In this document: positions 31,332-41,394 of the stretch, in pieces
Numbering within the stretch: position 1 is the first letter of the stretch
Layout: each line of letters starts with the position of its first letter
Source: an uncultured Alphaproteobacteria bacterium
GTDB taxonomy: Bacteria; Pseudomonadota; Alphaproteobacteria; Acetobacterales; Acetobacteraceae
Reading direction: 5' to 3'
Assembly: GCA_963743035.1 (NCBI GenBank)
Contig: CAVUOB010000002.1
Location: forward strand, 216,692 to 280,691
Length of the DNA: 64,000 bases
Program-made: the position numbers and the translations under genes
The notes under the pieces: model-generated
Seen by the model: the letters and a program-made list of their open reading frames with translations, nothing else
What the model was told of the DNA's origin: nothing
Database searches by the model: none

Positions 31332-31691
31332 GCCGGGCAAGCCCTAAGCCCGCCACGTCCTTAGAGCGACCAGGTCCAGGCCCGACCAATCTTGGGTCTG
31401 GCTGGCGTTGAATCCGGCATAAGCATCGAATCGATCGGCGCGTCCGCCCCGGGCGCGGCGCCCGGCGGAGCTATCGGCTGTCGTCAGGCGGTAGCCCTCT
31501 ATTAATTTTCATCTTTTTCCTGTTATACTTCCTCTCTGCGCGTGGCGGCATCCCATATGCATGGGTGACGCCTCGTCACATCCCTGGGGAGCTGATCATT
31601 TGGGCTGGGCCGCCAGGCCGGGGCGATGACCGCCCGGCCGCACGGCATTTGTCCGGGCGTCAGCACGTTTGAAGGATAAGAGGTGTCCCAG

Positions 31692-32792
31692 ATGAAGGCA
31701 TCCGAAGGATCCGGACGAACCGACCGCATCGCGACGCCGCGGGCCGCCATGACCGGCGCGCTGGGCGGGACCGGGCGGCAACAGGACGTCGCACCACGAC
31801 AGGAAGCCGGCAGGAAGCAAGAAGCCGCGCGAAAACAAGAGCCGAGGGGGAAACGAGAAGCGGCGCAGGCGACGGCATCCGTGCCGGCAGCGGCAAAAGC
31901 TGCGGCGCCCAAGCCGGCCAAACCGAAGGCGGCCCCTGCCAAGGCCGCCGCCCCTGAATCTGCCCCGTCCAAACCCGCCAAGGCGGCGCTGGCAACGGCG
32001 GCAAAACCGAAGCTGGAGAAAATTGTGCCTGAGAGGCAATTGCCCGAAGCGCTGGCCGTCGAACCGCCAGCCCCCCCAACCATGGCGACCCCGACCACCA
32101 CAGAGATCCCAACCACAGCGACCCCTGCGGCCGCCAAAGGGGAGGCGGCGGTAGTGGCCAGGCCGGCGGGATTCGCCGCGCCGGCCCAGGAAGCCGCGCC
32201 GGTGCCCCAAGCGGAGCCCGAACGCCGCCCGGCCATGCCGGCGGAAGCGGAGCGACGGGCCAACGTCAATGATCGCAATCCGCCGCGCATCCCCTCCAAG
32301 GCGGAGAATTTCGTCGCCGGGGACCACGTGGTCTACCCGACCCATGGCGTCGGCAAGGTGGAGCGGATCGCGGTGGAGGAGATCGCCGGGCACAGCCTGG
32401 AGCTGATCCATATCACCTTCGAGGAGAACCGCATGACGCTGCGGGTTCCCGTGGCGAAGGCGCGCAGCGCCGGCCTGCGCAAGCTGGCTTCGCGCAAGAT
32501 GTTCGACGAGGCGCTGGCGGTGCTGAAGGGCCGGGCGCGGATCAAGCGCACCATGTGGTCGCGTCGGGCGCAGGAATACGAGGCGAAGATCAACTCCGGC
32601 GACCCACTGGCGATCGCCGAGGTGGTGCGCGACCTGCACCGCAACGCCGGGCAGCCCGACCAGAGCTTTTCCGAGCGGCAGATCTACGAAGCGGCCATGG
32701 ACCGGCTGGCGGCCGAGCTAGGTGCGCTGGACAAGACCGACAAGGCAACCGCCGCCACCAAGCTAGCGAATTTCCTGAAGACGGTCGCTTAG
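31692..32792 (+). CDS. carD: CarD/CdnL-family RNA-polymerase-binding regulator with a long Ala/Lys/Pro-rich N-terminal extension
   Basis: The C-terminal roughly 170 aa (FVAGDHVVYPTHGVGKVERI...) is canonical CarD_TRCF plus the CdnL C-terminal domain. ATG 31692 is preceded by AAGGATAAGAGG at 8-nt spacing and by a 360-nt lower-GC leader. Confidence 0.8.
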   Translation: MKASEGSGRTDRIATPRAAMTGALGGTGRQQDVAPRQEAGRKQEAARKQEPRGKREAAQATASVPAAAKAAAPKPAKPKAAPAKAAAPESAPSKPAKAALATAAKPKLEKIVPERQLPEALAVEPPAPPTMATPTTTEIPTTATPAAAKGEAAVVARPAGFAAPAQEAAPVPQAEPERRPAMPAEAERRANVNDRNPPRIPSKAENFVAGDHVVYPTHGVGKVERIAVEEIAGHSLELIHITFEENRMTLRVPVAKARSAGLRKLASRKMFDEALAVLKGRARIKRTMWSRRAQEYEAKINSGDPLAIAEVVRDLHRNAGQPDQSFSERQIYEAAMDRLAAELGALDKTDKATAATKLANFLKTVA

Positions 32793-32818
32793 AGCCATAT
32801 TGCTCGCAAAAACAAAGA

Positions 32819-32864
32819 CCTGGAGCATGATCGCCGCGTCTATCAGCGGCTATCATGCTCCAGG
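32819..32864. other. Long perfect hairpin downstream of carD
   Basis: 13-bp stem CCTGGAGCATGAT / ATCATGCTCCAGG enclosing an inner GCCGC...GCGGC pairing. No flanking U-tract. Confidence 0.5.
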
Positions 32865-32893
32865 GCAGCCTCAAGGAACTGGCCTGCCCAAAG

Positions 32894-32932
32894 AAAAAGG
32901 GCTCCGGGATTGCTCCCGGAGCCCTTCTTCTA
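32894..32932. terminator. Bidirectional intrinsic terminator (carD / BI-1 convergent pair)
   Basis: AAAAA-GGGCTCCGGGA-ttgc-TCCCGGAGCCC-TTCTTCT. Confidence 0.75.
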
Positions 32933-32947
32933 TTCCGGTTGCCCGGA

Positions 32948-33721
32948 TCAGTTGTTGTTGCGGTTGCCGAGCAGCTGCAGCAGCAGCATGAACAGGTTGA
33001 TGAAGTTCAGGTACAGGCTCAGCGCGTCGAACACGCTGCGCTTGGCGGCGCCGTCGGTGCCTTCCGCATAGGCATACTGGACGTAATCCGCGCGGATGCG
33101 CTGCGTGTCATAGGCGGTCAGGCCGGTGAAGATCACCACGCCCAGGATGCTGACGGCGAACTGCAGGGCGGAGCTGCCGACGAACATGTTGACCAGGCTG
33201 GCGATGATGATGCCGAACAGGCCCATCATCATGAAGCTGCCCATCTTGGTCAGGTCCGTCTTGGTCACGTAGCCATAGGCCGAGGTGGCGGCGAAGGTGG
33301 CGGCGGTGATGAAGAACACCCGCACGATCGACTCGCTCGTGTAGATCAGGAAAATGTTCACCATGCTGGCGCCCATGGCGGCGCAGAAGGCCCAGAACAC
33401 GCCCTGAACGGCGGTCTTGGACATCTTGTTCACGCCGAAGCTAAGCGCCAGGATGAAGGCGAGCGGCGCGAAGATCGCGGCCATCGCCAGGATGGTCGGC
33501 TGCATCACCGTGCGGCCGCTGGCGGTCATCGCCGGCTGGTAGAAGGCGTTGATCAGCGGGGTGTTGGCAATGCCGTAGGCGACCACACCCGTCAGCAGCA
33601 GCCCGGAACACATCCAGTTGTAGACCCGCAGCATGTACGCCCGCAGGCCAGCATCGATAACGGCTGCGCCGGTCGCGGCGGATGCGTTGGGAAATGTCCG
33701 ATAGTCGGGACTGAAGGCCAT
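32948..33721 (-). CDS. Bax inhibitor-1/YccA/YbhL-family membrane protein
   Basis: 257 aa with 7 TM segments and motifs typical of UPF0005/BI-1 (LRAYMLRVYNWM..., TAYDTQRI). Confidence 0.9.
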   Translation of the reverse strand: MAFSPDYRTFPNASAATGAAVIDAGLRAYMLRVYNWMCSGLLLTGVVAYGIANTPLINAFYQPAMTASGRTVMQPTILAMAAIFAPLAFILALSFGVNKMSKTAVQGVFWAFCAAMGASMVNIFLIYTSESIVRVFFITAATFAATSAYGYVTKTDLTKMGSFMMMGLFGIIIASLVNMFVGSSALQFAVSILGVVIFTGLTAYDTQRIRADYVQYAYAEGTDGAAKRSVFDALSLYLNFINLFMLLLQLLGNRNNN

Positions 33722-33893
33722 GGTGTTCGGTTCCTCTCTAGGGCGTTGGTGCCGAAGTCCGTTACATTGGGGAACTGCCCGGCGGGTTCAAGCGAAATCG
33801 GCTCAACTGGGGGGTTATGGATGGTTATTTATCCAGTTGAAACCAGCTACACGCAAACCTGTGCCCGGCAAGGGCACGCCGACGGGGCGAATA

Positions 33894-36436
33894 CTACTCG
33901 TTCCGCAGCCACGGCGCGGGTTTGGCCCGCAGCGCGGCTTCCGTTCCGATGTATCCTACCACCAGCATGGCGAGCACGCATAGAAAAAGCGTGAGACCGA
34001 GGGTGGCCGGCAGGAACACCCAGGCGGTGTTCATGACGAAGTGCACCACGCCATAGCTGGCGGCGGCGCCGACCAGCGCGGCCAGCAGACCGGCGGCGAG
34101 GCCGATGATGCCGAACTCCACCAGCCAGGCGGCCCGGATCTGCGCGCGCGAGGCGCCCAGCGTCTTCAGGATCACCGCCTCGCGCATCCGCCGGCGCTGT
34201 CCCGCCGCCACCGCGCCGACCAGCACCAGCGCGCCGGACAGCAGCGTGAGCGAGCCGGTGGCGGTCAGCGCGGTGGCGATCCGGTCCATCAGCGCCGCCA
34301 CCGCTGCCAGCACGTCCTCCACCCGGATGCCGGTGACATTGGGCAGCGCGTCGGTCACGCTGCGCAGCAAGGCCGCCTGCTCGGCCTCGGGCACTCGCAC
34401 GGTGGCGATGAAGGTATGCGGCGCGCCTTCCAGGAAGCCCGGGCTCGCCACCATGGCGAAGTTGATCGACAGCGTCCGCCAGGCGATGTCGCGCAGGCTG
34501 GCGATGGTCAGGTCGATGTCGCGCCCCAGCACGTTGACGCGGATCACGTCGCCGATCCCGACGCCCCAGCCTTTGGCCAGACCGGAATCGAAGGAGATCA
34601 GCGGCTTGCCGGTATAATTCGCGGGCCACCAGGTGCCCGCGGTCAGATGCGTTCCCTCCGGCATGGCGGCGGCATAGGTCAGGCCGCGATCGCCGCGCAG
34701 CGCCCATTGGCTGTCCGGCGAGACCTGCATCCGCTCCACCGGCACGCCGTTCACCGCCACCACCCGGGCGCGGAGATTGGGCACGTTCTGCGACGGGGCG
34801 ATGCCGGGCCGGGCCGCCAACAGCGCCTCGAACCGAGGGAGCTGGTTCTGCTGGATGTCGACGAAGAAGAAGCTCGGCGCATTGGCGGGGATCTGGTCCA
34901 GGATCTCCCGGCGGATATTGCCCTGGATCAGCGCCACCGCGGCCAGGGTGGACAGGCCGAGACCGACCGAGACCAGCATCAGCCGCGTCGGCGCGCCCGG
35001 CCGGTAGAGATTGGCGAGGCCGAGCCGCAGCCAGGGCAGGCGGGCATGCGCCCCCGCCCGGGCGGCGCGCATGACCGCCCAGCCGCCGAGGCGGAACAGC
35101 CCGAGCGTGGCCAGCGCGCCGGCGCAGAAATACCCCGACAATATCGGATCGGCCGAGCTCAGCACGGTCAGCACCGCCAGCGCGGCGGCGATCGCGGCGG
35201 TGGCGGCGAGGATTTCACGCGGGGCCCGGACCTCGGACGGCGTCAGCGGATCGCGGAACAGGCTGGCGCCGGGAATGCGCATGGCCCGCCCCAACGGCGG
35301 CAGCGAGAAGGCGACCGCCGTCAGCAGGCCGAACAGGGCGGCGAGGGCCAGCGGCGCCGGATACAGGCCCGTCACCGGAGGAACCGGCAGCACATCCTGC
35401 AGCAAGGGCCCGGCCAGCAGCGGCAGCAGCGCGCCCGCGACGACGCCCAGTGCGATGCCGAGTGCGGAAAATGCCATAATCTGCGCCAGATAGACCGCGA
35501 AGACCGTGCGCGCGGAAGCGCCGAGGCAGCGCAGCGTGGCGATGCTGCCGGCGCGCGCCTCCAGCCAGGCGCCTACCCCATTGGCGACGCCGATGCCGCC
35601 CACCAGCAAGGCGGTCAGCCCGACCAGGGTCATGAACTGTCCGGTCTGGTCGATGAAGCGGCCCACCCCCGGCGCCGCATTGCCGGGGCCGCGGATGCGC
35701 CAGCCCTGGTCGGGGAAGGCCGCGCGCAGGGCTGCCGCGAACCTGTCCGGATCCGTGCCGGCGGGTTCGAGGACGCGCAGCGCGTGCTGCACCATCGCGC
35801 CGGGCGCGATCAGGCCGGTGGCGGGCAGCGCATCGGTGCCGATCAGCACGCGCGGGCCGATGATCGAGGGGGTCGCGATGCGGTCCGGCTCCACGGCCAA
35901 CTCACCGCGCACGGTGAAGCTGGCATTGCCCAGGCGCACGGTATCGCCGGGCCTCAGGCCGAGGCGGTCGAGCACCACGCGCTCGGCCAGCAGGCCGCGG
36001 CCGGCGAGCGCGTCGCCGATCCTGGCCGGCGGCACCAGCGTGGCCTCGCCCACCATCGGCCAGGCATGGTCGACGGCCTTCAGCTCCACCAGCAGGCGGT
36101 CGCTGGCCGGGCCCACGCTGTCCGCCGCACCGGGCCGGATCAGCATAGAGCGCATGCGCACCACGTCCGACAGCGTGGCGCCGCGTGCGCGCAGCCAGTC
36201 GCGCAGGCTGTCCGGCAATGGCTGGGAGCCGCCGTCGATTTCCAGGTCGCCGCCCAGGATGCGCCGGCCGTCCTGGGCGAGGCCGCGGTCGGTCGCCTCC
36301 CGCAGCGTGCCGACGCCGGCGATCACCGCGACGCCGAGCGCGAGGCAGGCGAGCACGGTGCCCAGGCCTTGCATCGGGCCCCGGCCGCCGCGCAACCCGC
36401 CGCGCAGCTCGCGCCAGGCCAGCCGCAGGATCAGCC

Positions 36437-36440
<4 letters not shown>
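33894..36440 (-). CDS. FtsX-like ABC transporter permease, YbbP type (two FtsX domains)
   Basis: Start at [15 protein letters not shown] (ATG 36440 overlapping the ATPase stop, ATGA). 848-aa polytopic protein. Confidence 0.85.
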
Positions 36441-37160
<720 letters not shown>

Positions 37161-37185
37161 GAGAGATGGCGCTGCAGCCGGATGA

Positions 37186-37863
37186 ATGTCGTCCATGGAT
37201 AGAGCATATGGCCTCGGCGCCGGCTTGCGGAAAGCCATCCTCGCAATCGGGTGCCTGATGGTGCTGACGACGGCCGCCGCCGCCGAACCGGTCCGGCTGC
37301 TGGTGCTCGGCGATTCGCTGACCGCCGGCTACGGGCTGGCGCAGCCGGATGGGTTCCAGGCACGGCTCGCTGCCGCCCTGGCGGCCGACGGGGTGCAGGT
37401 GCGGCTGGTGGACGGGGCGGTGTCCGGCGATACCTCGGCCGGCGGGCTGGCGCGGCTGGACTGGGTGCTGGCGGACGGCGCCGATGCCGCGATCGTGGAG
37501 CTCGGCGCCAATGACGGCCTGCGTGGCAGCGACCCGGCGGCGATGGAAGCCAATCTGAACGCAATCCTGGACAGGCTGGCGGCAAGGCGCATCCGCGTGC
37601 TGCTCACCGGCATGCACGCGCCGCCCAATCTCGGCCAGGACTACACCGCTGGCTATGACGCCGCGTTCCGCCGCCTTGGTGAACGCAAGGACCTGATCTA
37701 CGACCCGTTCTTCCTGGAAGGCGTGGCGGGAGACCCCAGCCTGAACCAGGCGGACGGGATCCATCCGAACCCCGAGGGCGTGCGGCGCATCGTCGCGCGG
37801 CTGCTGCCGCTGGTCGAGCGGCTGGTCCGGGAAGCACAGGTCGCGAAGGAAGCAGGCAAATGA
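37186..37863 (+). CDS. SGNH/GDSL arylesterase-thioesterase, TesA-like, secreted
   Basis: Signal peptide followed by LVLGDSLTAGYG. Divergent from the ybbA/ybbP-like pair, as in E. coli tesA-ybbA-ybbP. The start codon is uncertain (37186, 37195 or the TTG further in). Confidence 0.8.
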   Translation: MSSMDRAYGLGAGLRKAILAIGCLMVLTTAAAAEPVRLLVLGDSLTAGYGLAQPDGFQARLAAALAADGVQVRLVDGAVSGDTSAGGLARLDWVLADGADAAIVELGANDGLRGSDPAAMEANLNAILDRLAARRIRVLLTGMHAPPNLGQDYTAGYDAAFRRLGERKDLIYDPFFLEGVAGDPSLNQADGIHPNPEGVRRIVARLLPLVERLVREAQVAKEAGK

Positions 37864-38396
37864 GGCTATTCGTCGCCCTCGATCTGCCATGGCCGTTGCG
37901 CCAGGTCCTGTCGCTGATGGCTGGCAGCGGCATTCCCGGCGCGCGCTGGGTGTCGCCCGATAACTACCATCTGACGCTGCGCTTCATCGGCGAGACCCAG
38001 GCGCACCGGGCCGAGGATATCGACCACGCGCTATCAGGCATCCGCGCGCGCGGCTTCTCGCTGACGCTGGCCGGGCTCGGCACCTTCACCAAGGGCGGGA
38101 GGGTCAACTCGCTCTGGGTGGGGGTAGAGCGCAATCCGCAGCTCGATCACCTGCAGAACAAGATCGAGACGGCGCTGCAGCGCGTCGGCGTGGAGCCGGA
38201 GCGGCGGCGCTTCACCCCGCACGTGACGCTGGCGCGGCTGGACAACGCGGTGGAGGCCAAGCTGGCGGGCTTCGTGCAGGCGCATAATCTGTTCCGCGCC
38301 GAGCCGATGGCGGTGGAGCATTTCACCCTGTTCTCCTCCCGGCTGGGCAAGGAGCAGTCGGTCTATACGGCGGAAGTGGAATACGCCCTGGCTTGA
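37860..38396 (+). CDS. thpR: RNA 2',3'-cyclic phosphodiesterase (2H phosphoesterase, ThpR/LigT)
   Basis: Two HxTx motifs (HLTL, HVTL). 178 aa. ATGA overlap with the tesA-like stop. Confidence 0.85.
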   Translation: MRLFVALDLPWPLRQVLSLMAGSGIPGARWVSPDNYHLTLRFIGETQAHRAEDIDHALSGIRARGFSLTLAGLGTFTKGGRVNSLWVGVERNPQLDHLQNKIETALQRVGVEPERRRFTPHVTLARLDNAVEAKLAGFVQAHNLFRAEPMAVEHFTLFSSRLGKEQSVYTAEVEYALA

Positions 38397-38421
38397 ACCG
38401 CCAATCGCCCTCTGCCACGGC

Positions 38422-39501
38422 TCACGGACGGGGGGAGGGGACCGGGATGTCCGGCTCGTCCTCCGCCAGCCAGGCCTGCAGCAGCGTGTAGGTTACCGCC
38501 AGCAACGCCGGACCGACGAAGACCCCGATCAGCCCGAAGGCCATCAACCCGCCGATCACCCCTACCAGGATCAGCAGCATCGGCAGATTGGCGCCGCGGC
38601 GGATCAACAGCGGGCGCAGCACGTTATCGAGCGAGATGACGAGGATGCTGCAGACCAGCAGGAAGATCGTCCAGACGCCGGTGCTGCTGTAATAGAGCCA
38701 GCCCACCGCCGGCAGCAGCACCAGCGCCGGGCCGAGCTGCACGATGCACATCATGAACATCACAGCGGTGAGGATGCCCGCGAACGGCACGCCGGCCACC
38801 GCCAGCGCGATCCCGCCCAGCACCGACTGCACCAGCGCGGTAACCACCACGCCCAGCGCCACGCCCCTGATCGCCTGGCCGGCGAGCAGCACCACGAGCT
38901 CGCCCCGCTCTCCGGCCAGACGATGGCCGAAGCGGCGCGCCATGGCGGCCGCCCGGTCGCCGTTGGAATACAGGATGGACGCCACCACGATGGTCAGCAG
39001 CAGCTGCACGAAGAACGTGCCCAGGCTGCCGGCGGCGGAGACGAAATACTTGGTGACGCCGCCGATATACGGTCCGGCCTCCACCAGCAGCTCGTTGGCG
39101 CCGGCGCTGGCGATGTGATCCCACGCCTCCGCGATCGGCTCCCCGACCACCGGCAGCTGCGCCACCCAGCCGGGCGTCGGCGGGATGCGGAGCGCGGTCA
39201 CAGTGCTGGCCATCTGCTCGATCCGGCCGGAATTCTTCACGATGGTGCTGACCGCGGAGCCGAACGGCGCGACGACGATCGCCAGCAGCAGCAAGGTCAT
39301 CACCGCCACCGCCGGGCCGCGCCGGCCGCCCAGCACCGCCTGCACCCGCAGCAGGATCGGCCAGGTGGAGATGACCAGCGTCACCGCCCAGATCGTCGAG
39401 GGCAGGAACGGCCCGAGGATCCACAGCGTGCTGGCGATCAGCCCGCCCAGGCACAGCACGGCCAGCGTGGTGCGGGCCAGATCGCGGCGGGGCATCGTCA
39501 T
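38422..39501 (-). CDS. AI-2E family transporter (PerM/UPF0118)
   Basis: 359-aa polytopic ORF with the typical family layout. Confidence 0.8.
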   Translation of the reverse strand: MTMPRRDLARTTLAVLCLGGLIASTLWILGPFLPSTIWAVTLVISTWPILLRVQAVLGGRRGPAVAVMTLLLLAIVVAPFGSAVSTIVKNSGRIEQMASTVTALRIPPTPGWVAQLPVVGEPIAEAWDHIASAGANELLVEAGPYIGGVTKYFVSAAGSLGTFFVQLLLTIVVASILYSNGDRAAAMARRFGHRLAGERGELVVLLAGQAIRGVALGVVVTALVQSVLGGIALAVAGVPFAGILTAVMFMMCIVQLGPALVLLPAVGWLYYSSTGVWTIFLLVCSILVISLDNVLRPLLIRRGANLPMLLILVGVIGGLMAFGLIGVFVGPALLAVTYTLLQAWLAEDEPDIPVPSPRP

Positions 39502-39555
39502 GGCTTGTGTCTCCGTGTCATGGCCTGACTATAGTCCGACGGACACCAACCGCGC

Positions 39556-40221
39556 CTATTTCCCGGTTGTCATGCGCCGCTCATACCATTGCGCCAGCAC
39601 TGTGGCGGGAAACAGCAGCGCGAAATAGATCAGCGCCACCACCGTGTAGACCTCCAGCGGCCGATAGGTATCCGCGGTGATCAGGCTGCCCTGGTACAGC
39701 AGATCCGGCACGGCGATGGTCGAGACCAGCGACGTGTTCTTCAACTGCGTGATCGACTGGTTCATGAACGGCGGCACCATGCGCCGCACCGCCTGCGGCA
39801 GCACGACGCGCCGCATCACCTGCCAGCGCGACAGCCCCAGCGCCTTCGCCGCGTCCCACTGCCCGGCCTCGATGGACACGATGCCGGCGCGGAAGATTTC
39901 TGCATAGAACGCCGCCGTGTACAGCGACAGCACCGCCGTCGCCGCCACCACGGCCGGGATCTGCACGTTTAGGATGACCGGCAGCGCGTAATAGAACCAG
40001 ATGATCTGCACCAGCAGCGGCGTGCAGCGGAAGATCTCGATCAGCCCGATCAGCGGCGCCTTGACCACCCAGTACCTGGACAATCGCCCCAGCCCGATCA
40101 AAAGCCCCAGCAGCAACCCGATCAGGATCGTGCCGACCGTGTAGGCCAGCGTAACCCCAACACCCTTCCAGAACAGCGGCGCATACCGCAGCAGAAACCC
40201 AAACCCCCAGTCGTAGCCCAC
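39556..40221 (-). CDS. Polar amino-acid ABC transporter permease (HisM/GlnP family)
   Basis: GTG 40221 gives MGYDWGFGFLLRYAPLFWKG.... EAA loop IEAGQWDAAKALGLSRWQVMRRVVLPQA. The 5' extension of the ORF reads through repeat copy B. Confidence 0.85.
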   Translation of the reverse strand: MGYDWGFGFLLRYAPLFWKGVGVTLAYTVGTILIGLLLGLLIGLGRLSRYWVVKAPLIGLIEIFRCTPLLVQIIWFYYALPVILNVQIPAVVAATAVLSLYTAAFYAEIFRAGIVSIEAGQWDAAKALGLSRWQVMRRVVLPQAVRRMVPPFMNQSITQLKNTSLVSTIAVPDLLYQGSLITADTYRPLEVYTVVALIYFALLFPATVLAQWYERRMTTGK

Positions 40222-40235
40222 GCTCTTATGCTGCC

Positions 40236-40484
40236 GGGTTTGGGGGGAGTGAGTAGGCAAGGAAGGCCAGGGGGCTTTGCCCCCTGGACCCCCACCAGAG
40301 GCGGAGCCTCTGGACACCCGGTTGTTTTCTTGAAGAAGGGGGCATCCGGGACCGTGCTGCAGCACGAACCAGGTAGGCCCCCTTCTTCAAGAAAACAGTA
40401 TGGGGTTTCCAAAGGGTTCCACCCTTTGGCGGGGTCCAGGGGCAGCGCCCCTGGCCTTCCTTACCTGCCCGCTCCCCCAAACCC
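40236..40484. repeat. Multi-hairpin nested palindromic element, copy B, with terminal inverted repeats, lying inside an ABC operon
   Basis: Ends GGGTTTGGGGGGAG / CTCCCCCAAACCC. Hairpins: CCAGGGGGCtttGCCCCCTGG; CCAGAGGCggaGCCTCTGG; a 20-bp central stem (40324-40343 / 40377-40396) with an inner GTGCTGCAGCAC palindrome; CCAAAGGGTtccACCCTTTGG; CCAGGGGCagcGCCCCTGG. Confidence 0.85.
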
Positions 40485-40491
40485 GCCGGCA

Positions 40492-41349
40492 TCAGAACGT
40501 GAGTTCGGGGGGGATGGCTTCGGGTTTGATGCCGGTTTTTTCGATGCCGGCGATCAGCCATTCGCGGATCTGGCCGGTGCCGCGGTTCATGTCGATCCAG
40601 GCATTGATGACCTCGACGAAGCGCGTATCGGGTTCGCGGCGGACGCCGAGATTGCTGGGCAGGGCCACCTGGGGCGTGGTCAGCAGGCGGTAGGTGCCGA
40701 GATTCGGGTTCCGGCCGAGCGCGGAGAGGCCGACCATGGCGGCCTGGATCATCACGTCGCCGCGGCCGCCCTGCATCGCCAGGTAGGCCTCGTCGGGGGT
40801 CTTGAACCCGGTGATCTCGGCCTTCGGCGCGAAGCGGCGGGCGGAGACTTCGTGCAGGCTGCCGATATCGACGATCACCCTCACGTCCGGCTTATTGATA
40901 TCGGCCCAGGTGGTGGGGTTGAAGCCTTTGCGGGCGATGCAGCCATAGGGGTGGATCATCACCGGCTGGGTGAAGCGGATGGACAGCGCCCGCGCCGGGG
41001 TGGGGTTCAGCGCGAAGGCCAGATCGATCTTGTTGGCCTGCAGGTCGAGCACCGAATTGCCATAGGTGGATTCGATATATTCGAGCTTGGTGTCGAACAC
41101 CTTGGCGATGTCCTTGGCCATTTCCAGCGAGGCGCCGCTCCATTCGCCGGTGGCCAGGTCCTTCTGGAAATACGGCAGCTGGCCGGGCAGCACGGCGATG
41201 CGCAGGATCTTGGTGCGCTGCACCCGCTCGAACGTGCTTTCGTTCCCGGCCGGGTTGCCGGAGGACTGGGCATTGGCCGGGCCGATCAGCGCGGCCGGCA
41301 GCAGCGCGGCGCCCCCGGCCAGCAGACGCCGTGTTACGCGTTGGGTCAT
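40492..41349 (-). CDS. Polar amino-acid ABC transporter substrate-binding protein
   Basis: 285 aa with a signal peptide (...LIGPANAQS) and an SBP_bac_3-like sequence. Confidence 0.85.
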   Translation of the reverse strand: MTQRVTRRLLAGGAALLPAALIGPANAQSSGNPAGNESTFERVQRTKILRIAVLPGQLPYFQKDLATGEWSGASLEMAKDIAKVFDTKLEYIESTYGNSVLDLQANKIDLAFALNPTPARALSIRFTQPVMIHPYGCIARKGFNPTTWADINKPDVRVIVDIGSLHEVSARRFAPKAEITGFKTPDEAYLAMQGGRGDVMIQAAMVGLSALGRNPNLGTYRLLTTPQVALPSNLGVRREPDTRFVEVINAWIDMNRGTGQIREWLIAGIEKTGIKPEAIPPELTF

Positions 41350-41394
41350 GCCTGTCTCCTGGTCTTTTGCAAATGCGGCCTTGGGGCCGTGGGG

